From the NCBI RefSeq assembly GCF_009914755.1, contig NC_060946.1: a stretch of DNA of 64,000 nt; one strand, 5' to 3'. Positions 55,401 through 64,000 of the stretch are shown here, piece by piece (the first letter of the stretch is position 1; each line of letters starts with the position of its first letter). Source of the DNA: the human T2T-CHM13v2.0 reference genome, Homo sapiens. The notes under the pieces were generated by a model, which searched no databases, had not been told where the DNA came from, and saw only the letters and a list, made by a program, of their open reading frames with translations. Position numbers and translations under genes: made by a program.

Positions 55401-58400
55401 TCTTGTCTAGGCTCTGCTTCCAGGGCATATTGTGACATATCTATGCACTGATCACCTTAGTGATGTAACACTTTGGTAGGCTCGGACTACAAGGGAATCT
55501 TGACATATCTCTGCACTGTTAACCGAGGTGATTTAACACTTGTCTAGGCTGTGCCCACAGGGGGATTGAGTCATATCTCTGCACTGATCCCGAGGTGATA
55601 CAACTCTTGCCTGGTCTCTGCCTACTGTGGACATTGGGACATATCTCTGCACTGATCTCCCAGGTGCTGTAACTTTAGTCTAGGCTCTGGCTACACGGCA
55701 TTGTGACATATCACTGCACTGATCACCCAGGCGATATAACTCTTCTGTAGGATCTGACCACAGGGTGCTTTGTGACATATGCCTGCAATGATCACCCAGG
55801 TGATATACCACTTGCCAAGGCTCTGCCTACAGGGGCATTGCAATGTATCTCTGCACTGATCACCTAGGTCTTGTAGCTATTTTCTAGGATCTGCCTACAG
55901 GGTGCTTTGTGACGTGTCCCAGCAAGGATTACCCAGGTGATGTAACTCTCATAAAGGCTCTGCCTACAGGCACATTGTGATGTATCTCTGCACTGATCAC
56001 CTAGGTCATGTAACTTTTTTCTAGGCTCTACCTACGATGGCATTGTGACATATCTCTGCACTAATCATCCAAGTGATGTAACTCTTGTCTAGGATGTGCC
56101 TAAATTAACTTTTTGACATAACCCTGTACTGATCATCCAGGTGATGGAGCTTTTGTCTAGGCTCTGCCTAAGGGGGCATTGTGACATATTTCTGCATTAA
56201 TCACCCAGGTGGCGAACTCTTCTCTCGGATCTGCCTAAGGGGGCATTGTGAGAAATCTCTGCACTGATCACCCAGGTGATGTAACTGTTGTGTAACCTCT
56301 GCCTACAGGGGAATTGTGAGAGATCTCGTCACTGATTACCCAAGTGATGTAACCATGGTCTAGGCTTTGCGTACAGGGGGCTATGTGACATACCTTTGTA
56401 CTGATCACCCGGGTGGTGTAACACATCTAAGTTCGGCCTAAAGGAGCCTTGTGACATATCTCCGCACTGATTACTTAGGTGATGTAACACTTTTATAATC
56501 ACTGCCTACAGGGAAATTTGACAAATCTCTGCACTGATCACCTAGGTTATGTAACTCTTGTCTACCCTCTGTCCAACGGGGCATTGTGAAATGTCTCTGC
56601 ACTGATCACCCAGGTGATTCAACTCTTGACTAGGAACTGCCTACAGAGGTTATTGTGAAATATCTCTGCACTGATAAACTAGGTGGTGTAACCCTTGTCC
56701 AAGCTCTGCCTACAGGGGTGTTTCCACATATCCCTGAACTGATGACAAAGGTGATGTAACTCTTGCCTAGGCTTTGCCTTAAGGGAACATTGGACATATA
56801 TCTGCACTGATCACCCAGGTGATGCAACTCTTGCCTAGGCTTTGCCTACAGGGGACATTGTGACATATCTCTTCAATGATCACTCATGTGATGCATCTCT
56901 TGCCTAGGCTTTGCCTACAGGGGACATTGTGACATATCTCTGCACTGATCTCCCAGGTGCTGTAACTTTAGTCTAGGCTCTGACTACACGGCATTGTGAC
57001 ATATCACTGCACTGATCAACCAGGTGATATAACTCTTGTATAGGCTCTGACTACAGGGGGATTGTGACCTACCTCTGCACTGATCACCCAGGTGATATAA
57101 CTCTTCTCTAGGATCTGCCTACAGGGTACTTTGTGACATATCCCTGCACTGATCACCCAGGTGATCTAACTCTGGTCTAAGCTCTGCCTAAAGGGGCATT
57201 GTGACAGATCTCTGCACTGATCACTCTGGTGATGTAAGTATTGTCTAGGCTCTGCTTCAAGGGGCCTTGTCACATATCTCTGCACTGATCACCCAGGTGA
57301 TGTAACTCTTGTCTATGTTCTGCTTCCAGGGCATATTGTGACATATCTATGCACTGATCACCTTAGTGATGTAACACTTTTGTAGGCTCGGCCTACAGGG
57401 GAATCTTGACATATCTCTGAACTGTTAACCGAGGTGATTTAACTCTTGTCTAGGCTGTGCCCACAGGGGGATTGAGACATATCTCTGCACTGATCCCGAG
57501 GTGATACAACTCTTGCCTGGTCTCTGCCTACTGTGGACATTGTGACATATCTCTGCACTGATCTCCCAGGTGCTGTAACTTTAGTCTAGGCTCTGGCTAC
57601 ACGGCATTGTGACATATCAATGCACTGATCACTCAGGCGATATATCTCTTCTCTAGGATCTGACCACAGGGTGCTTTGTGACATATGCCTGCAATGATCA
57701 CCCAGGTGATATACCACTTGCCAAGGCTCTGCCTACAGGGGCATTGCAATGTATCTCTGCACTGATCACCTAGGTCTTGTAGCTATTTTCTAGGATCTGC
57801 CTACAGGGTGCTTAGTGACGTGTCCCAGCAAGGATTACCCAGGTGATGTACCTCTCATCAAGGCTCTGCCTACAGGCACATTGTGATGTATCTCTGCACT
57901 GATCACCTCGGTCATGTAACTATTTTCTAGGCTCTACCTACGATGGCATTGTGACATATCTCTGCACTAATCATCCAAGTGATGTAACTCTTGTCTAGGA
58001 TGTGCCTAAATTAAATTTTTGACATAACCCTGTACTGATCATCCAGGTGATGGAGCTTTTGTCTAGGCTCTGCCTAAGGGGGCATTGTGACATATTTCTG
58101 CATTGATCACCCAGGTGACGAAGTCTTCTCTCGGATCTGCCTATGGGGGCATTGTGAGAAATCTCTGCACTGATCACCCAGGTGATGTAACTCTTGTGTA
58201 ACCTCTGCCTACAGGGGAATTGTGAGAGATCTCGTCACTGATTACCCAAGTGTTGTAACCATTGTCTAGGCTTTGCGTACAGGGGGCTTTGTGACATACC
58301 TTTGCACTGATCACCCAGGTGATGTAACACATCTAAGTTCGGCCTAAAGGAGCTTTGTGACATATCTCTGCACTGATCACTTAGGTGATGTAAAACTTTT

Positions 58401-61400
58401 ATAATCACTGCCTACAGGGAATTTTGACAAATCTCGGCACTGATCACCTAGGTGATGTAACTCTTGTCTACCCTCTGTCCAACGGGTCACTGTGAAATAT
58501 CTTTGCACTGATCACCCAGGTGATTCAACTCTTGACTAAGAACTGCCTACAGAGGTTATTGTGAAATATCTCTGCACTGATAAACTAGGTGGTGTAACCC
58601 TTGTCCAAGCTCTGCCTACAGGGGCGTTTCCACATATCCCTGAACTGATGACAAAGGTGATGTAACACTTGCCTAGGCTTTGCCTACAGGGAACATTGGA
58701 CATATATCTGCACTGATCACCCAAGTGATGCAACTCTTGCCTAGGCTTTGCCTACAGGGGACATTGTGACATATCTCTTCAATGATCACTCATGTGATGC
58801 ATCTCTTGCCTAGGCTTTGCCTACAGGGGACATTGTGACATATCTCTGCACTGATATCCCAGGTGCTGTAACTTTAGTCTAGGCTCTGGCTACACGGCAT
58901 TGTGACCTACCTCTGCAATGATCACCCAGGTGATATAACTCTTTTCTAGGATCTGCCTACAGGGTACTTTGTGACATATCCCTGCACTGATCACCCAGGT
59001 GATCTAACTCTGGTCTAAGCTCTGCCTAAAGGGGCATTGTGACAGATCTCTGCACTGATCACTCTGGTGATGTAAGTATTGTCTAGGCTCTGCTTCAAGG
59101 GGCCTTGTCACATATCTCTGCACTGATCACCCAGGTGAAGTAACTCTTGTCTAGGCTCTGCTTCCAGGGCATATTGTGACATATCTATGCACTGATCACC
59201 TTAGTGATGTAACACTTTGGTAGGCTCGGCCTACAGGGGAATCTTGACATATCTCTGCACTGTTAAGCGAGGTGATTTATCTCTTGTCTAGGCTGTGCCC
59301 ACAGGGGGATTGAGACATATCTCTGCACTGATCCCGAGGTGATACAACTCTTGCCTGGTCTCTGCCTACTGTGGACATTGTGACATATCTCTGCACTGAT
59401 CTCCCAGGTGCTGTAACTTTAGTCTAGGCACTGGCTACATGGCATTGTGACATATCACTGCACTGATCACCCAGGCGATATAACTCTTCTGTAGGATCTG
59501 ACCACAGGGTGCTTTGGAACATATCCCTGCAATGATCACCCAGGTGATATACCACTTGCCAAGGCTCTGCCTACAGGGGCATTGCAATGTATCTCTGCAC
59601 TGATCACCTAGGTCTTGTAGCTATTTTCTAGGATCTGCCTACAGGGTGCTTTGTGACGTGTCCCAGCAAGGATTACCCAGGTGATGTACCTCTCATCAAG
59701 GCTCTGCCTACAGGCACATTGTGATGTATCTCTGCACTGATCACCTCGGTCATGTAACTTTTCTCTAGGCTCTACCTACGATGGCATTGTGACATATCTC
59801 TGCACTAATCATCCAAGTGATGTAAATCTTGACTAGGATGTGCCTAAATTAACTTTTTGACATAACCCTGTACTGATCATCCAGGTGATGAAGCTTTTGT
59901 CTAGGCTCTGCCTAAGGGGGCATTGTGACATATTTCTGCATTGATCACTCAGGTGGCGAACTCTTCTCTCGGATCTGCCTATGGGGGCATTGTGAGAAAT
60001 CTCTGCACTGATCACCCAGGTGATGTAACTGTTGTGTAACCTCTGCCTACAGGGGAATTGTGAGAGATCTCGTCACTGATTACCCAAGTGATGTAACCAT
60101 TGTCTAGGCTTTGCGTACAGGGGGCTTTGTGACATACCTTTGCACTGATCACCCAGGTGATGTAACACATCTAAGTTCGGCCTAAAGGAGCTTTGTGACA
60201 TATCTCTGCACTGATCACTTAGGTGATGTAACACTTTCATAATCACTGCCTACAGGGAATTTTGACAAATCTCTGCACTGATCACCTAGGTGATGTAACT
60301 CTTGTCTACCCTCTGTCCAACGGGGCACTGTGAAATATCTCTGCACTGATCACCCAGGTGATTCAACTCTTGACTAGGAACTGCCTACAGAGGTTATTGT
60401 GAAATATCTCTGCACTGATAAACTAGGTGGTGTAACCCTTGTCCAAGCTCTGCCTACAGGTGCGTTTCCACATATCCCTGAACTGATGACAAAGGTGATG
60501 TAACACTTGCCTAGGCTTTGCCTACAGGGAACATTGGGCATATATCTGCACTGATCACCCAAGTGATGCAACTCTTGCCTAGGCTTTGCCTACAGGGGAC
60601 ATTGTGACATATCTCTTCAATGATCACTCATGTGATGCATCTCTTGCCTAGGCTTTGCCTACAGGGGACATTGTGACATAACTCTGCACTGATCTCCCAG
60701 GTGCTGTAACTTTAGTCTAGGCTCTGGCTACACGGCATTGTGACCTACCACTGCAATGATCACCCAGGTGATATAACTCTTCTCTAGGATCTGCCTACAG
60801 GGTACTTTGTGTCATATCCCTGCACTGATCACCCAGGTGATCTAACTCTGGTCTAAGCTCTGCCTAAAGGGGCATTGTGACAGATCTCTGCACTGATCAC
60901 TCTGGTGATGTAAGTATTGTCTAGGCTCTGCTTCAAGGGGCCTTGTCACATATCTCTGCACTGATCACCCAGGTGATGTAACTCTTGTCTAGGCTCTGCT
61001 TCCAGGACATATTGTGACATATCTATGCACTGATCACCTTAGTGATGTAACACTTTGGTAGGCTCGGCCTACAGGGGAGTCTTGACATATCTCTGCACTG
61101 TTAACCGAGGTGATTTAACTCTTGTCTAGGCTGTGCCCACAGGGGGATTGAGTCATATCTCTGCACTGATCCCGAGGTGATACAACTCTTGCCTGGTCTC
61201 TGCCTACTGTGGACATTGGGACATATCTCTGCACTGATCTCCCAGGTGCTGTAACTTTAGTCTAGGCTCTGGCTACATGGCATTGTGACATATCACTGCA
61301 CTGATCACCCAGGCGATATAACTCTTCTGTAAGATCTGACCACAGGGTGCTTTGTGACATATGCCTGCAATGATCACCCAGGTGATATACCACTTGCCAA

Positions 61401-64000
61401 GGCTCTGCCTACAGGGGCATTGCAATGTATCTCTGCACTGATCACCTAGGTCTTGTAGCTATTTTCTAGGATCTGCCTACAGGGTGCTTTGTGACGTCTC
61501 CCAGCAAGGATTACCCAGGTGATGTAACTCTCATCAAGGCTCTGCCTACAGGCACATTGTGAAGTATCTCTGCACTGATCACCTCGGTCAGGTAACTTTT
61601 CTCTAGGCTCTACCTACGATGGCATTCTGACGTATCTCGGCACTAATCATCCAAGTGATGTAAATCTTGTCTAGGATGTGCCTAAATTAACTTTTTGACA
61701 TAACCCTGTACTGATCATCCAGGTGATGGAGCTTTTGTCTAGGCTCTGCCTAAGGGGGCATTGTGACATATTTCTGCATTGATCACCCAGGTGGCGAACT
61801 CTTCTCTCGGATCTGCCTATGGGGGCATTGTGAGAAATCTCTGCACTGATCACCCAGGTGATGTAACTGTTGTGTAACCTCTGCCTACAGGGGAATTGTG
61901 AGAGATCTCGTCACTGATTACCCAAGTGATGTAACCATTGTCTAGGCTTTTCGTACAGGGGGCTTTGTGACATACCTTTGCACTGATCACCCAGGTGATG
62001 TAACACATCTAAGTTCGGCCTAAAGGAGCTTTGTGACATATCTCTGCACTGATCACTTAGATGATGTAACACTTTTATAATCACTGCCTACAGGGAATTT
62101 TTACAAATCTCTGCACTGATCACCTAGGTGATGTAACTCTTGTCTACTCTCTGTCCAACGGGGCATTGTGAAATGTCTCTGCACTGATCACCCAGGTGAT
62201 TCAACTCTTGACTAGGAACTGCCTACAGAGGTTATTGTGAAATATCTCTGCACTGATAAACTAGGTGGTGTAACCCTTGTCCAAGCTCTGCCTACAGGGG
62301 CGTTTCCACATATCCCTGAACTGATGACAAAGGTGATGTAACACTTGCCTAGGCTTCGCCTACAGGGAACATTGGACATATATCTGCACTGATCACCCAA
62401 GTGATGCAACTCTTCCCTAGGCTTTGCCTACAGGGGACATTGTGACATATCTCTTCAATGATCACTCATGTGATGCATCTCTTGCCTAGGCTTTGCCTAC
62501 AGGGGACATTGTGACATATCTCTGCACTGATCTCCCAGGTGCTGTAACTTTAGTCTAGGCTCTGGCTACACGGCATTGTGACCTACCTCTGCAATGATCA
62601 CCCAGGTGATATAACTCTTCTCTAGGATCTGCCTACAGGGTACTTTGTGACATATCCCTGCACTGATCACCCAGGTGATCTAACTCTGGTCTAAGCTCTG
62701 TCTAAAGGGGCATTGTGACAGATCTCTGCACTGATCACTCTGGTGATGTAAGTATTGTCTAGGCTCTGCTTCAAGGGGCCTTGTCACATATCTCTGCACT
62801 GATAACCCAGGTGATGTAACTCTTGTCTAGGCTCTGCTTCCAGGACATATTGTGACATATCTATGCACTGATCACCTTAGTGATGTAACACTTTGGTAGG
62901 CTCGGCCTACAGGGGAATCTTGACATATCTCTGCACTGTTAACCGAGATGATTTAACTCTTGTCTAGGCTGTGCCCACAGGGGGATTGAGTCATATCTCT
63001 GCACTGATCCCGAGGTGATACAACTCTTGCCTGGTCTCTGCCTACTGTGGACATTGGGACATATCTCTGCACTGATCTCCCAGGTGCTGTAACTTTAGTC
63101 TAGGCTCTGGCTACACGGCATTGTGACATATCACTGCACTGATCACCCAGGCGATATAACTCTTCTGTAGGATCTGACCACAGGGTGCTTTGTGACATAT
63201 GCCTGCAATGATCACCCAGGTGATATACCACTTGCCAAGGCTCTGCCTACAGGGGCATTGCAATGTATCTCTGCACTGATCACCTAGGTCTTGTAGCTAT
63301 TTTCTAGGATCTGCCTACAGGGTGCTTTGTGACGTGTCCCAGCAAGGATTACCCAGGTGATGTAACTCTCATAAAGGCTCTGCCTACAGGCACATTGTGA
63401 TGTATCTCTGCACTGATCACCTAGGTCATGTAACTTTTTTCTAGGCTCTACCTACGATGGCATTGTGACATATCTCTGCACTAATCATCCAAGTGATGTA
63501 ACTCTTGTCTAGGATGTGCCTAAATTAACTTTTTGACATAACCCTGTACTGATCATCCAGGTGATGGAGCTTTTGTCTAGGCTCTGCCTAAGGGGGCATT
63601 GTGACATATTTCTGCATTAATCACCCAGGTGGCGAACTCTTCTCTCGGATCTGCCTAAGGGGGCATTGTGAGAAATCTCTGCACTGATCACCCAGGTGAT
63701 GTAACTGTTGTGTAACCTCTGCCTACATGGGAATTGTGAGAGATCTCGTCACTGATTACCCAAGTGATGTAACCATGGTCTAGGCTTTGCGTACAGGGGG
63801 CTATGTGACATACCTTTGTACTGATCACCCGGGTGGTGTAACACATCTAAGTTCGGCCTAAAGGAGCCTTGTGACATATCTCCGCACTGATTACTTAGGT
63901 GATGTAACACTTTTATAATCACTGCCTACAGGGAAATTTGACAAATCTCTGCACTGATCACCTAGGTTATGTAACTCTTGTCTACCCTCTGTCCAACGGG
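52413..64000. repeat. 27-mer HOR domain (1838 bp) with one 28-mer (56089-57994) and a partial last unit
   Basis: Landmark spacings are 1838, 1838, 1906, 1838, 1838 and 1838. The fusion junction 'ctacacggcattgtgacctacc' occurs at ~53310, ~55150, ~58890, ~60730 and ~62570. Confidence 0.9.

Larger units (their letters stand above)
1..64000. repeat. Beta satellite (BSR, 68-bp Sau3A family) tandem array, about 940 monomers, organised as higher-order repeats
   Basis: The motif 'ctctgcactgatcacccaggtgatgtaactcttgtctaggctctgcctacagggg' recurs every ~68 bp from first to last base, with a GATC (Sau3A) site in most monomers. Family assignment is from recall of the primate beta-satellite consensus; no database search was run. 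Confidence 0.95.

Noticed and set aside
1-64000. CRISPR-like array (conserved near-palindromic repeat plus variable spacer at ~68-bp period)
   Set aside because: The apparent spacers are homologous to each other and repeat with the HOR period, and there are no cas genes or leader. This is a satellite.
1-64000. Alpha satellite or active centromere core
   Set aside because: The period is 68 bp, not 171 bp, and no CENP-B box was seen.
1-64000. Embedded Alu, L1, D4Z4/DUX4-like or LSau segments, or strand inversions, as often found beside beta satellite
   Set aside because: No poly-A tails, GC-rich blocks, non-satellite inserts or reverse-orientation monomers were seen. All landmark spacings are explained by whole-monomer counts plus 1-4 bp indels.
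1-64000. Assignment to a specific species or chromosome
   Set aside because: The family indicates a hominoid primate, but the chromosome cannot be determined without alignment to reference assemblies.

Overview
The whole 64-kb window is one uninterrupted, single-orientation array of ~68-bp satellite monomers (consensus ~ctctgcactgatcacccaggtgatgtaactcttgtctaggctctgcctacaggggcattgtgacatat). This matches primate beta satellite (BSR / Sau3A 68-bp family), typical of human and great-ape pericentromeric and acrocentric short-arm heterochromatin. I see no credible genes, RNA genes, transposon insertions or inversions; the ORF track consists of repeat-derived artefacts. The interest is in the higher-order repeat (HOR) architecture. 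A once-per-unit landmark (ctaggatgtgcctaaattaactttttgac) starts at 1384, 3357, 5329, 7302, 9273, 11246, 13218, 15190, 17096, 19002, 20906, 22812, 25330, 27304, 29278, 31184, 33089, 35608, 37513, 40032, 42549, 45068, 46974, 48879, 50781, 52413, 54251, 56089, 57995, 59833, 61671 and 63509. The spacings give HOR variants of 29 (~1973 bp), 28 (~1906), 37 (~2519), 27 (1838) and 24 (1632) monomers. Two SNP-defined HOR lineages (A on the left, B on the right) interdigitate across ~15.7-29.6 kb. The HOR contains an internal duplicated triplet 9 monomers apart, and most structural variants break there. Multi-HOR super-repeats are also present. I found no evidence of a new protein-coding system.
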